NCBI GenBank assembly: GCA_044344255.1
Contig: JBIJDH010000001.1
Location: 320,001-384,000 of the forward strand
Direction: 5' to 3'
DNA length: 64,000 nucleotides
Source: Myxococcota bacterium
GTDB taxonomy: Bacteria; Myxococcota_A; UBA796; UBA2385
The translations under genes and the position numbers were made by a program. Under the pieces are notes generated by a model that saw nothing but the letters and a program-made list of their open reading frames with translations, was not told the origin of the DNA and did not search any database. This document shows, piece by piece, positions 9,594 through 19,665 of this stretch. The stretch's first letter is position 1. Every line of letters begins with the position of its first letter.

Positions 9594-10730
9594 TCAACGC
9601 GGCATTCCACCTGGGTTTAACGTGAGCTGCAGCGCCGCCTCTCGCTGGAGGTCCGGCGGCACCTGACCCGGGCGCGCCGGGAAGACGAGATCCAGCGGCT
9701 CCACGACGATGTCCGGGATCACGCCGGCCCCACCCCAGCTCCGTCCGCTCGGCCCGAGCAGCGTGGTCTCGGCGAGGCGGAGCACGAGGTCGCGGCTGAT
9801 CGGGTGCAGCGCCGTCAGCGAGGCCTGTCCCGCCGTGCGGGTGCCGACGATGCGCCCCCGACGGTTGTCATGGAGCGCCATCAAGAAGGCCTCCGCAGGG
9901 CCAGCGGTCTCTCGATCGACGATCACCACCACCCGACCCGGCCAAAGCTGAGGCCCCTTCGCCACCGTCGATCGGGTATCGCCGGAGGGGTCGAGCTCTT
10001 TGACCACGATCGAGCCCGGCTCGAGGAAGAGCTCCGCCGCCGCGACGGCCTCGGCGAGCAGCCCGCCCTCCGTGTGGCGGAGGTCCAAGATGAGGGCGTC
10101 GTGCTCATCGGCGCCCTTGAGGAGGGTCGCGAGGGCGGCAGCGCTGCCCTGTCCGAAGAAGGGGACCCGCACGAGGGTGATGTCAGGGACCTCCTGCGGC
10201 ACGAGGCGCACCCCGCCGACACGATACCGCCCCCGATCCACCGAGATGCGCCGCAGCTCGGCGTCATCCCGGCGAAAGTCGAGGGTGACCTTCCCCCCCA
10301 CGATGTGCGTCAGGGTCTCGTGGAGCACGCGTCCGGGCATGCCCGTGAGCGGCTGGCCGTTGACGCCCACCACGAAGTCCCCGGGGCGAAGGCCTGCTCG
10401 CTCGCCCGGGCCGCCCGGGTAAACGTCGGTCAACACCACGCCGCGCTGGCTGATGACGCTGAACTCAACCCCGATGCCGTAGCGCTCTCCTCGCCGATCC
10501 GCCTGCTCCTCCGCGGCCTCTTGGCTGGTCAGCAGCGCGTTTCCCTCGGTCCCGAGCATCTCGTCGAGGTGGACCGCCATGCCGGCCACGGCGGCCCGGT
10601 AGAGCTGACGCGAGTCGACCTTATCGCCGAACCGATCCTCGACGACCTCGACCGCGGCCTCCAGCGTGCCCGCGTCATCGGCCAACAGCGGCAGGGAGAG
10701 GCCCAATAGGGCAACAGCGATCGGGATCAT
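9594..10730 (-). CDS. S41 (CtpA-like) peptidase homologue with PDZ domain, catalytic residues substituted
   Basis: Signal peptide; PDZ loop YGIGVEF; LILDLRHTEGG; TAGPAE in place of SASASE; TAGQA in place of TxGKG; GVIPDIVV. Confidence 0.8.
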   Translation of the reverse strand: MIPIAVALLGLSLPLLADDAGTLEAAVEVVEDRFGDKVDSRQLYRAAVAGMAVHLDEMLGTEGNALLTSQEAAEEQADRRGERYGIGVEFSVISQRGVVLTDVYPGGPGERAGLRPGDFVVGVNGQPLTGMPGRVLHETLTHIVGGKVTLDFRRDDAELRRISVDRGRYRVGGVRLVPQEVPDITLVRVPFFGQGSAAALATLLKGADEHDALILDLRHTEGGLLAEAVAAAELFLEPGSIVVKELDPSGDTRSTVAKGPQLWPGRVVVIVDRETAGPAEAFLMALHDNRRGRIVGTRTAGQASLTALHPISRDLVLRLAETTLLGPSGRSWGGAGVIPDIVVEPLDLVFPARPGQVPPDLQREAALQLTLNPGGMPR

Positions 10731-10766
10731 CCCTTCTCTCCTGGGGCTCCTGCGCGGCGCGGGCGT

Positions 10767-11300
10767 TCAGAAGGAGCCGCGGCTCGGCGTGTAGTCGACC
10801 GGCCGGAAGCTGTCGCCCTGTTGGAGGGGCGAGGGATCGTCGGAGAGCCGCTGCTCCCGCTCGAGCGCGAGGTTGAGCTGCTTCGAGCTCTCCACCGCGT
10901 GGTCCAGCTGGACATGGGCTCGCCAGCCCCAGAGCAGGCTCAGCACGAGGATCGCCGCGTAGGCGATGGCGGCTCGGCCCGTGATGCGCAGCTCGCGCAC
11001 CAGGAAGGGGGCGCGGTTGGCGACCGGCTCCGCCACCGCCCGCTCCTCACGCTCCAGCGCTTCGGCGAGGCAGTGGTCCATGCGGTCCCACACGCCGGGC
11101 ATCCTGAGCTCCACCGGGCGCTCGGGGGGGCGGAGGGCCCGCAGCGCGTCTTGCTGCTCCGCGAGCTCCGCGGCGCGCTCCGCACAGCGGGCACATTGTT
11201 CGACGTGTCGTTCGAGCTGGTCGCGCTCGCCGGGCGAGAGCTCGCCGTCAAGCCACGGCACCATCCGCTCGCGAGCGGTCAGGCAATCCATTCGGGGCAC
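10767..11300 (-). CDS. Anti-sigma factor, zf-HC2 (ZAS) domain plus one TM helix
   Basis: WLDGEL..HVEQCARC motif, hydrophobic segment AAIAYAAILVLSLLWGW; directly downstream of ECF sigma. Confidence 0.85.
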   Translation of the reverse strand: MPRMDCLTARERMVPWLDGELSPGERDQLERHVEQCARCAERAAELAEQQDALRALRPPERPVELRMPGVWDRMDHCLAEALEREERAVAEPVANRAPFLVRELRITGRAAIAYAAILVLSLLWGWRAHVQLDHAVESSKQLNLALEREQRLSDDPSPLQQGDSFRPVDYTPSRGSF

Positions 11301-11407
11301 CTGTTCGGGGGTTGGCGATTGTCCACCAGCCTATCGGCTGCGGCGCAACTCCAACACCCCGGCCCCGCTCGCTTCTTCCCGCCGCGCCGCCCGCGGAGGA
11401 CTGACGA

Positions 11408-12004
11408 TCAACCTTCGACTGCGACCGTGGCCCCGTCTCCGACCAGCTCGAGGAGGCGGGCGCGGGCGCGGGAGAGCCGAGACATCACGGTGCCCAGCTT
11501 GATGTCGAGGGCGTCGGCGATCTCGGCGTACGAGAGATCGCTGTAGTAGCGAAGCAGCAAGATCTCCTGGTGATCCTCGGTCATCTGGTGAATCGCGGCG
11601 AGCAGCTCGCCCCGACGCTGGCCGTTAAAGACCTGATCGAGCTGATCGCCGTGCACGGCCTCCGACATCGGGTTCGCGTCGAGGATCGCGCCGCGGCGGC
11701 GCTTGTCGCGGACCAGGTTGAAGCAGAGGTTGCTCGTCACGCGGAAGAGCCAAGCCTTCTCCCGAAAGTCCACGTCGAAGAACCGGGGCTCCCGGATCGC
11801 CCGAATGAAGACCTCCTGCACCACATCATAAGCTTCTTCGTGGTCTTTCACGATGCCGATGGCGTGGTAGTAGAGTCGATCGCGATACTTGCGGACCACC
11901 ATGTCCATCGCGAGGCGTCGGTTCTGACCTGCGAGAGACTTGATGTCCTCGTCGTTCCAACGGTTGGCCTGAGCGGGGTCGATGAGGCGGAGCGTGGCGG
12001 TCAT
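11408..12004 (-). CDS. ECF RNA polymerase sigma-70 factor
   Basis: EAYDVVQEVF, AWLFRVTSNLC (region 2); LSYAEIA..GTVMSRLSRAR (region 4). Confidence 0.92.
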   Translation of the reverse strand: MTATLRLIDPAQANRWNDEDIKSLAGQNRRLAMDMVVRKYRDRLYYHAIGIVKDHEEAYDVVQEVFIRAIREPRFFDVDFREKAWLFRVTSNLCFNLVRDKRRRGAILDANPMSEAVHGDQLDQVFNGQRRGELLAAIHQMTEDHQEILLLRYYSDLSYAEIADALDIKLGTVMSRLSRARARLLELVGDGATVAVEG

Positions 12005-12433
12005 GCGCGATCCTGAGGAGGGCCCGGTGGTGGCCCGGACGTGGACCCAAGTGAACCCGGCACCCTCGGTGAGACTTCCCTCTCACGCGACGATGTCGAG
12101 GCCGACCAGGGGAACATGCGCGCCGGATGGGCGATCGGGAAGTGGATTCTTCGATCTTTCCGGCACAGCTCTTGTACGCACCAACCGGTGAGGACATTTC
12201 GACGCCGGAAGGCCACGGAGCCGATGCGGGTTCCCCGCCGGGGTGATCTGTGTGGGCTCGGGTACGGATGTTCCCCAGCATTTCGGGATTCAGCGGCCTG
12301 TTGCACGTCGACCCGTTGACGGAGGCCTCCTCCGCGACGAATTCTACACAGCGCAGGGTGGACCCCACCCGGGTGGGCGCTTCGACCATCCCGCAGCAGA
12401 AGCTGAATCACGCAGAACAGAGGAGGGCTTGGG

Positions 12434-12679
12434 ATGGAAGTGCGGGTCCTGGTCGAAGAGATCGTCAAGGCGATCGTGGACAAGCCCGATGAGGTGGTCT
12501 GCACCGAGGTCGAGGGCGCGCACTCCTGTGTGCTCGAGCTCGTGGTGGCCCCCGAGGACGTCGGTAAGGTGATCGGCAAGAAGGGCGTACACGCCGACGC
12601 CATCCGCCGGATCGTGCACGCGATCGGCGGAAAGAAGAAGATGCGCTATGTCCTCGAGATTATCGAAAACCGTGGCTGA
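12434..12679 (+). CDS. khpA: KH-domain RNA-binding protein (KhpA/YlqC family)
   Basis: 81 aa; IVDKPDEV, DVGKVIGKKG..AIR; GGAGG RBS upstream. Confidence 0.88.
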   Translation: MEVRVLVEEIVKAIVDKPDEVVCTEVEGAHSCVLELVVAPEDVGKVIGKKGVHADAIRRIVHAIGGKKKMRYVLEIIENRG

Positions 12680-12696
12680 CCCTACGGGGCCCCGGC

Positions 12697-14349
12697 CTAC
12701 TCCGTGATTCCCGGGATCCGAACGCCACGCTCATGGGCGACCTCGATCGCGCGCGGATAGCCCGCGTCCGCGTGGCGCAGCACGCCCATCGCCGGATCGC
12801 TGGTGAGGACCCGCTCCAAGCGCCTCGCCGCGGCCTCCGTGCCATCGGCCACGATCACCTGACCGGCGTGGAGGCTGTACCCCATCCCGACCCCGCCCCC
12901 GTGGTGGAAGCTCACCCAGGAGGCGCCGTTGACCGCGTTGACGAGGGCGTTCAAGATCGGCCAGTCGGCGACCGCGTCTGAGCCGTCCAACATCGCCTCG
13001 GTCTCGCGGTTTGGGCTGGCGACGCTGCCGCAGTCGAGGTGATCGCGACCGATGACGATCGGCGCCTTCACCCGACCGCTGCGCACAAGCTCATTGAAGG
13101 CGAGGCCGGCCTTCGCGCGTTGGCCGTAGCCGAGCCAGCAGATGCGCGCCGGGAGGCCTTGAAACTGTACCTTCTCACCGGCCAGCAGGAGCCAGCGGGC
13201 CAGGCCCTTGTCGTCCGGGAAGAGGTCGCGGATGACCTGATCGGTGACGTAGATGTCCTGCGGATCGCCCGAGAGGGCGACCCAGCGGAAGGGCCCCTTC
13301 CCTTCGCAGAAGAGGGGGCGAATGTAGGCGGGCACGAAGCCGGGGAAGTCGTAGGCGTCTGACACCCCGGCCTCGAGGGCCCCGGCGCGGAGGTTGTTGC
13401 CGTAGTCGAAGGTGTGCGCGCCCGCCGCCTGGAGCTTCAGCATCGCCCGCACATGGTCGCCCATGGTGGAGATGGACCGCCGCCCGTACTCGGACGGGTC
13501 GGTCACACGCAGCGCGGCGGCCTCCGCCAGGCTCAGCCCGCGGGGGACGTAGCCGTTGAGGGGGTCGTGGGCAGAGGTCTGGTCGGTGAGGAGGTCGGGC
13601 ACCACCCCACGAGCGAGCAGCCCCTCCAGGCCGTCCGCGGCGTTCATCACCACGCCGATCGAGAGCGGGATGCCGAGGGCCTGGTGATGTCGGGCGCGCG
13701 CGACGGCCACGTCGAGGTCGGGGGCCACCTCATCGAGGTAACGGGTCTCGACACGACGGTGGACGCGGCTGCCATCGACGTCGAAGGCGATGCAGACACC
13801 GTTGTTCATCGTCGCGGCGAGCGGCTGGGCGCCGCCCATTCCCCCGAGGCCGGCGGTGACCACGAGGCGGCCGCTGAGGTCGGCGCCGAAGTGTTGGCGG
13901 GCCGCTTCGGCGAAGGTCTCGTAGGTACCTTGGAGGATGCCCTGGGTGCCGATGTAGATCCAGGAGCCAGCCGTCATCTGGCCGTACATCATCAGGCCCT
14001 TGCGCTCGAGCTCCCGGAAGTGCTCCCAGTTGGCCCACTTGCCGACGAGGTTCGAGTTGGCGATGAGCACGCGGGGCGCGTCTTCGTGCGTGCGCAGGAC
14101 ACCGACGGCCTTGCCGGACTGGACGAGGAGGGTCTCATCTGCCTCGAGGGCCTGGAGGCTGCGGACGATGCGCTCGAAGGCGGGCCAGTCTCGGGCGGCC
14201 TTGCCGGTCCCGCCGTAGACGACGAGGTCTTCCGGGCGCTCCGCCACGTCGGGGTCGAGGTTGTTCATGAGCATGCGGAGGGCGGCCTCTTGCACCCAGC
14301 CCTTACAGCTCAGCTCCGAGCCCCTCGCCGCGCGGATCACCCGTCCCAT
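12697..14349 (-). CDS. hutU: Urocanate hydratase
   Basis: [52 protein letters not shown]. Confidence 0.97.
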   Translation of the reverse strand: MGRVIRAARGSELSCKGWVQEAALRMLMNNLDPDVAERPEDLVVYGGTGKAARDWPAFERIVRSLQALEADETLLVQSGKAVGVLRTHEDAPRVLIANSNLVGKWANWEHFRELERKGLMMYGQMTAGSWIYIGTQGILQGTYETFAEAARQHFGADLSGRLVVTAGLGGMGGAQPLAATMNNGVCIAFDVDGSRVHRRVETRYLDEVAPDLDVAVARARHHQALGIPLSIGVVMNAADGLEGLLARGVVPDLLTDQTSAHDPLNGYVPRGLSLAEAAALRVTDPSEYGRRSISTMGDHVRAMLKLQAAGAHTFDYGNNLRAGALEAGVSDAYDFPGFVPAYIRPLFCEGKGPFRWVALSGDPQDIYVTDQVIRDLFPDDKGLARWLLLAGEKVQFQGLPARICWLGYGQRAKAGLAFNELVRSGRVKAPIVIGRDHLDCGSVASPNRETEAMLDGSDAVADWPILNALVNAVNGASWVSFHHGGGVGMGYSLHAGQVIVADGTEAAARRLERVLTSDPAMGVLRHADAGYPRAIEVAHERGVRIPGITE

Positions 14350-14500
14350 CGCGCACCCCCTTCGATGGCTTGGGCTCTACCCCGTCCGCTTCGACGGGGC
14401 CCGGCGGCGGGCGGGCAGGCCGACCAACCGCGACGCCGGTCAGGTTATGCCCCGCCGCCCGCTGGACCATCCAGTGAACTACAGCGCCGGAGACCCCGAG

Positions 14501-16216
14501 ATGGCACGCGATCCCTCCCCTCACGCCCGCCCGCCCACCGATGCCCCGAGCCGCGGCCCCGGCAAGGGGAAGCAAGGGACGGACTGGGTCAGCCGCGTCG
14601 CCGATGAGGTGGAGGCCCGGGTCGCCCTCACCAAGGGCCCCGGCGCCCCGATCGTCTGCGCCTCGGGCATCAGCCCCTCGGGCAGCGTTCACCTCGGGAA
14701 CATGCGCGAGCTGATGACCACGCACCTCGTCGCTGAGGAGCTCAAGTCACGGGGGCGGGAGGTCACGCACTTGCACTCCTGGGACGACTTCGACCGCCTC
14801 CGGAAGGTGCCGCTGGGCCTCCCCCAGGAGCTCTCGCCCTACGTGGGGTGCCCGCTCTCCGAGATCCCTGACCCCAAGGGCGAGCTCGACTCCTGGGCCA
14901 CCCGCTTCATCGGGCCCGTCGAGGCCGCCGCGGCCCGGCTCGGGATCTCCTGCCGCTGGGTGCGCCAGTCGCAAAACTACCGGAGCGGAGTCTACCGAGA
15001 CGGCATCCGCCGCGCCCTCCGCGCCCGCACCGAGATCTTCGACATCCTCGAGCAGTACCGCACGGCCAAGCTCCAGGAGCGCCCCGTCGAAGAGCGCCGC
15101 GCCGCGGCCTGGCCGCTCCAGGTCTACTGCCAGACCTGCAACCACGACTCTACGGAGGTCCTCGGCTGGGACGAGCAGAGCGACGTGGTCACCTACACCT
15201 GCAAGCGCTGCGGCCCGGCCCACTTCCGCATCTCCGACGAGCGGCTCCCCTGCAAGCTACCATGGAAGGCGGACTGGCCGATGCGCTGGGCCTTCGAGGG
15301 CGTCGACTTCGAGCCGGGGGGCGAAGATCACAGCACCCCGGGCGGCAGCTTCACGGTCGGCACCGAGGTGGTGCGCCGCATCTTCGGCGGCGCCGCGCCG
15401 CACTACGTCGGCTACGGCTTCGTGGGCATGGCGGGTCGCACCAAGATCTCGAGCTCAGCGGGCACCGACGCCACGCCCGAATTCGCGCTCCGCTTCATCG
15501 AGCCGGCGCTGCTGCGCTTCCTCTACATCCGGCGTACGCCCGGCACCGCCTTCACCATCGACTTCGGACAGGACATCTGGCGGCAGTACGACGAGTGGGA
15601 CGCCCTCCAGAAGAAGGCCGCCGCCGGCGCCGCCTCCCCCGCCGACGCGCGCTGGGTGGAGCGCTGCCTCCGCACCTCGGCCGGCGAGGTGGCCGCCCCC
15701 ACCTTGCTCGTGCCCTTCCGGCTCATCTCGACCTCCGCCGACATGACCTCGGCCAACACCGAGCAGATCCTCCGCATCGTCGCCGCGCACCTTGAGTCCC
15801 CGCCGGAGGCGGCCGCGCTCCAGGCCGCGATCGAGCCCCGGCTCACCTGCGCCGCTGGCTGGATCGAACACTGCCTGCCGGACGACGAGCGCCTGCACGT
15901 CCGCTCCGAGCTCGACCCGGCCACCCTCACCGCCTTGGACGAACAGACCCGCCGCGGCCTCTCCTTGTTGGTCGCGTCGCTCGCCGCCCACTGGTCGCTC
16001 GCCGGCCTCTCTGACCTCGTCTACGGCGTTCCGAAGACGCTGCTCGGCCTGCCCCAGGACACCGAGCCCACCGCGGAGCTCAAGGCCCTACAACGCGCCT
16101 TCTTCGTGGCGATCTACCAGCTCATCCTGGGATCCGACACCGGCCCGCGCCTGCCGACGCTCTTCCTCTCCCTCGGCCAGGACCGCCTGCGCGCCCTGCT
16201 GGGCGGCGACGCCTGA
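14501..16216 (+). CDS. lysS: Lysyl-tRNA synthetase, class I
   Basis: SGISPSGSVHLGN (HIGH-like), SWDDFDRLRKVP, KLPWKADWPMRW, KISSS (KMSKS-like), GPRLPT; start taken at ATG 14501. Confidence 0.93.
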   Translation: MARDPSPHARPPTDAPSRGPGKGKQGTDWVSRVADEVEARVALTKGPGAPIVCASGISPSGSVHLGNMRELMTTHLVAEELKSRGREVTHLHSWDDFDRLRKVPLGLPQELSPYVGCPLSEIPDPKGELDSWATRFIGPVEAAAARLGISCRWVRQSQNYRSGVYRDGIRRALRARTEIFDILEQYRTAKLQERPVEERRAAAWPLQVYCQTCNHDSTEVLGWDEQSDVVTYTCKRCGPAHFRISDERLPCKLPWKADWPMRWAFEGVDFEPGGEDHSTPGGSFTVGTEVVRRIFGGAAPHYVGYGFVGMAGRTKISSSAGTDATPEFALRFIEPALLRFLYIRRTPGTAFTIDFGQDIWRQYDEWDALQKKAAAGAASPADARWVERCLRTSAGEVAAPTLLVPFRLISTSADMTSANTEQILRIVAAHLESPPEAAALQAAIEPRLTCAAGWIEHCLPDDERLHVRSELDPATLTALDEQTRRGLSLLVASLAAHWSLAGLSDLVYGVPKTLLGLPQDTEPTAELKALQRAFFVAIYQLILGSDTGPRLPTLFLSLGQDRLRALLGGDA

Positions 16217-16226
16217 TCGCAGGGGG

Positions 16227-16258
16227 CCTCTCGCCCTCTCGCCCTCTCGCCCTCTCGC
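16227..16258. repeat. 8-bp tandem repeat CCTCTCGC x4 between convergent genes
   Basis: Four exact copies read directly. Confidence 0.85.
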
Positions 16259-16368
16259 CAACAGAAATGAGAGAGCCCCGCTTCGAGGCTCCCGCCCACC
16301 GCAAGGCCGAGGCCTCGAAGGAGGGGGAGCCCCGAGCGGGGCTCCGCGACGAGCCGCCGACGAGGCGG

Positions 16369-18222
16369 CTACTCTTCTTCGGGCGGCGGCGCGGGGGGCG
16401 CGACCTGCTCGACGATGAAGAACTCGACGCGGCGGTTCTTCTCGTAGGCAGCCGGGTTCTTGGCGGGATCGATCGGCTTGTCGGGGCCGTAACCGACGGC
16501 CTCCATACGCGAGGCCTCGACGCCCTTGGCCTGCAGGTAGGCGAGCACGGCGTTGGCGCGGTCCTGCGAGAGCTTGCGGTTCGACTTGGCGTTGCCGACG
16601 CTGTCGGTGTGGCCCTCGATCCGGATCTTCTTGACCTCGGGGTGATCCTTCAGGATGTCGGCGACGTCGTCGAGGAGGCCGTTGCTGGCGGCCTGAACGG
16701 TGGCCTTGCCGGTGTCAAAGAAGACCTTCTCGCGGATATCGATCTTCTCGGCGGTCATGACGGCCTTGGCCGGCTCGAGGACGACCGTGACCTGAGAGGT
16801 GCCGGCCTTCTTGACCTCCACCGGGAGCTTGGCAGCCTTGTAGCCATTGGCGCGGACGATGAGCTCGTGCGTACCCGGATCGAGGTCCTTGGTGCCCGCG
16901 CCGTCGTCGTACTTTCCGGCCTGCTTCTTCTCGGTGGCGTTGTCGACCACGAAGACGCCGGAGAGCTTCTTGCCGTCCTTGTCGGTGACGATGATCTTGA
17001 CGGTGCCGAAGGTGGCGCCCATCGCGAGCACGATCTCCTGACCGGCGCTGACAGCGACCGTCTCCTCGCGGGTGAGGGTGTCGTACCGCTTCGACGAGGC
17101 GGTGATCTTCCACACGCCGGGGTGCAGCTCGCGCTCGAAGTCGGCGTCTCCCTTCTTCTCGCCGTCGGGGCCCGTCATCACGACCTCGGCACCCTTGATC
17201 TTGTTCCCGTTGCCATCGACCACGCGGACATGCACCTTCGTGCTGGGATCGGGACAGCCGTCCTCGTCCATGAAGTTGTCCTTGTCCTCCGGCTCGAGCT
17301 TACAGGCGTCCTTCTTGTTGGGGATGCCGTCGTTGTCCTTGTCCTTCGAGACCGGCGGCTCGTAGCCGAGCAGGAAGACCCCGCGGAAGTCCGGAGAGCC
17401 GATGCCGGAGCTGAGCCCGGTGCCGACGCCGAGGCGGCCGACGACGTTCTCGGATGCGCGGAGCCAACCGCCGGCCATCACTTCGAGGGGGTGGCTCGCG
17501 GCGTTGGAGAGGGGCTCGCCGTAGGTGAGGCTGCCCGCGAGGTCACCGGAGAGGCCGACCTTCTCCTTCTCACCGAAGCCGTGGCCCACGCCGAGGCGGT
17601 ACACGAACTGGTCGTCCCAGGCCACGTTCTGGAGCGTGACATCGGGGACACCGCGGGTGCCGGCGTTCGCGGCGAAGAGGGTGCTGCCCACCTTGTAGTC
17701 GGCGATGAGGCCGAGGGTCCAGCCGAGCCCGGGCGAGGCGAGGGGCACCTCGGGGCCGAAGGTGGCGGTGGGGAGGTCAACCCGGCCGTCGATCGCGAAG
17801 CCGAGGCCGTCATCCTCACGCTTGACCACCGAGGCCTTGACATCCAGGCCGACGTCGCCCAGCCCAGCGGCCGAGAGCGCGGTGACGTTGTCGTCTTGAT
17901 CGATGCCGTTGGCCCACAGCATCACCGGCACGTCCACGCCGAAGCGGAAGCGGGAGAGCGTGAACGCCCCGAGGAGGTTGGCCTGGAGCTCGTTGGCGAG
18001 CAGGCGGTTCTCGGCGTCGTCGGCGAAGCGGTAGACCAGCGGGTTCTTCATGTACGAGAGGCCGAGGCGGGCGCTCCAGTACAGGTTCGGCTTGAGCGCT
18101 GCGTCGTTCGTCCACATCGTCGCGTCGGCGTCGATGGGAGGCGAGTAGGCCTGCGCGTTGATCTCGGGGGTCTCCTGAGCGGAGGCGCCGCGGGTCAGAC
18201 TCAGCAAGAGGAAGGTCAGCAA
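16369..18222 (-). CDS. OmpA-family outer-membrane protein: N-terminal beta-barrel, TSP3 Ca-binding repeat, Ig/PEGA-like domains, OmpA C-terminal domain
   Basis: TTG start after GGAGG; DKDNDGI..DAC..EDGCPD; IEGHTD, LSQDRA, NRRVEF. Confidence 0.88.
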   Translation of the reverse strand: MLTFLLLSLTRGASAQETPEINAQAYSPPIDADATMWTNDAALKPNLYWSARLGLSYMKNPLVYRFADDAENRLLANELQANLLGAFTLSRFRFGVDVPVMLWANGIDQDDNVTALSAAGLGDVGLDVKASVVKREDDGLGFAIDGRVDLPTATFGPEVPLASPGLGWTLGLIADYKVGSTLFAANAGTRGVPDVTLQNVAWDDQFVYRLGVGHGFGEKEKVGLSGDLAGSLTYGEPLSNAASHPLEVMAGGWLRASENVVGRLGVGTGLSSGIGSPDFRGVFLLGYEPPVSKDKDNDGIPNKKDACKLEPEDKDNFMDEDGCPDPSTKVHVRVVDGNGNKIKGAEVVMTGPDGEKKGDADFERELHPGVWKITASSKRYDTLTREETVAVSAGQEIVLAMGATFGTVKIIVTDKDGKKLSGVFVVDNATEKKQAGKYDDGAGTKDLDPGTHELIVRANGYKAAKLPVEVKKAGTSQVTVVLEPAKAVMTAEKIDIREKVFFDTGKATVQAASNGLLDDVADILKDHPEVKKIRIEGHTDSVGNAKSNRKLSQDRANAVLAYLQAKGVEASRMEAVGYGPDKPIDPAKNPAAYEKNRRVEFFIVEQVAPPAPPPEEE

Positions 18223-18376
18223 GGGGGCCTCCAGGACCAGAACAGGTTCAGGGTGACGGCCCCTTTACCGGGTGGGCGAAGGGAGCGCCACGGGCGGGGT
18301 CGGGCCACCGCCTTCGAAGCGCGCCCAGGGTAACGTCAGGCGGTTGAAAAGAAAACAGCGGGGGCACCGATTGGGC

Positions 18377-19519
18377 TCAGGAAACTCGACCCCGCTTTCG
18401 TTCGAGGATGCCCCGCAGCACCGTCACTCCCGCCGCGACCACCTCGGGGGGCGCCGACGTGAAGCACAGTCGAACGTAAGTGGGGTAGTCCGCCCCGCAC
18501 GAGGGGCCCGGCGCGAGGACCAGCCCCTCTTCCACGCAGTCCGAGAGCAGACCATCGAGGCCCCGCTCGTCGAGGACATCGGCCACGTCGATGAACAGGA
18601 AGGTTCCGCCCTCGGGGGCGGGCTGGCCGAGGGCCACCGCCGCGGCTCGGCCCGCCGCCTCATAGGCCGCGCGGGCCTGCCTGACCCAATCGGCGCCGGA
18701 CTCCAGGGCCCGGGCCGCCGCGACCTGCGAGGCGGTGGGCGCGGCGTAGAAGCTGTGGGTGGCAACCTTTCGGAGCTCCGCCATCACGCCCCCCTCGGCG
18801 GGGCCCACCACCCACCCGCAGCGGTTCCCGGCCATCCCGTACGCCTTCGAGGCGCTGCCCACCGTGAAGGTGCGCTCGGGCGCGTGCTCGGCGAGCGAGC
18901 GGTGGGGTCGCGCGTAGGCGAAGGGGGCGTAGACCTCATCGGACCAGATCCAGAGCCCGTTCTCCCGCGCCACCGCGGCGAGCTCAGCACACTCGGCCTC
19001 CGTGAAGACCCTCCCCGTCGGGTTGTGCGGGCTGTTGACGTAGAGGGCCGCCGTCGCGCCGGAGATCCGCGCCTCGAGGCGGGCCCGCAAGGACGCGGTG
19101 CCCCCGAGCAGAGGGACCTCCACGGGGCAAGCGCGGGCGGCGCGCACCACGCCAGGGATGAGCGGCCAGTACGGAGAGAGGATCAGGACCTCATCCCCCG
19201 GAGACAGCGTGCTGGACGCGATCGAGGAGAGGGCGCCGGTCGCCCCTGCGGTGACGAGCACCCGCTCGATGTCGACGCCGTGCCGCTCCGCGAGCGCCCG
19301 GAGCAGCGCCGGGTGGCCGTGGGGAGCGGAGTAGCGGTGCACACCGGGAAGATCGCGCAGGTCCTCCATCCGCGCCCCATGGACCGGCTCCATCCAAGTG
19401 TCGCCGACATGGAGCGGGTAGCCGCCCCCCTGAAGCGCGGCGATGCGGTGGGCGAGGCGAGAGAAGACGCCACCACGCATGGCCGCGATCTGAGGATCCA
19501 CCTGAGGAAACCGAGGCAT
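18377..19519 (-). CDS. PLP-dependent aminotransferase class I/II
   Basis: NSPHNPTG, SDEVY, SASKAYGMAGNRCG. Confidence 0.9.
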   Translation of the reverse strand: MPRFPQVDPQIAAMRGGVFSRLAHRIAALQGGGYPLHVGDTWMEPVHGARMEDLRDLPGVHRYSAPHGHPALLRALAERHGVDIERVLVTAGATGALSSIASSTLSPGDEVLILSPYWPLIPGVVRAARACPVEVPLLGGTASLRARLEARISGATAALYVNSPHNPTGRVFTEAECAELAAVARENGLWIWSDEVYAPFAYARPHRSLAEHAPERTFTVGSASKAYGMAGNRCGWVVGPAEGGVMAELRKVATHSFYAAPTASQVAAARALESGADWVRQARAAYEAAGRAAAVALGQPAPEGGTFLFIDVADVLDERGLDGLLSDCVEEGLVLAPGPSCGADYPTYVRLCFTSAPPEVVAAGVTVLRGILERKRGRVS

Positions 19520-19665
19520 CGTGCACCCCCCTTCCCGGCGCCCGGGCGCCGACGCGCCGGGAGCCCCCGTCGCAGCCCGCGAGGATGCACCAAAAAAGGT
19601 GTCGGAGCGGGTCCAGGATCGCCTCGCGCCCGCGTTGAACCCGTGAACGTAAACCCGAGGCCACG

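Noticed and set aside
12005..12433. Possible ECF autoregulatory promoter or ncRNA in the 430-bp divergent intergenic region
   Set aside because: No convincing -35/-10 pair or stable structure could be identified by eye
16369..18222. TraB of the myxobacterial TraAB outer-membrane exchange system
   Set aside because: Similar barrel-TSP3-OmpA layout, but no traA upstream (the neighbour is an aminotransferase) and such paralogues are common
16267..18333. Long antisense ORFs (also 27332-29341, 38301-40517, 47206-49146, 24730-26949 and others)
   Set aside because: Shadow frames expected in high-GC DNA opposite well-supported genes
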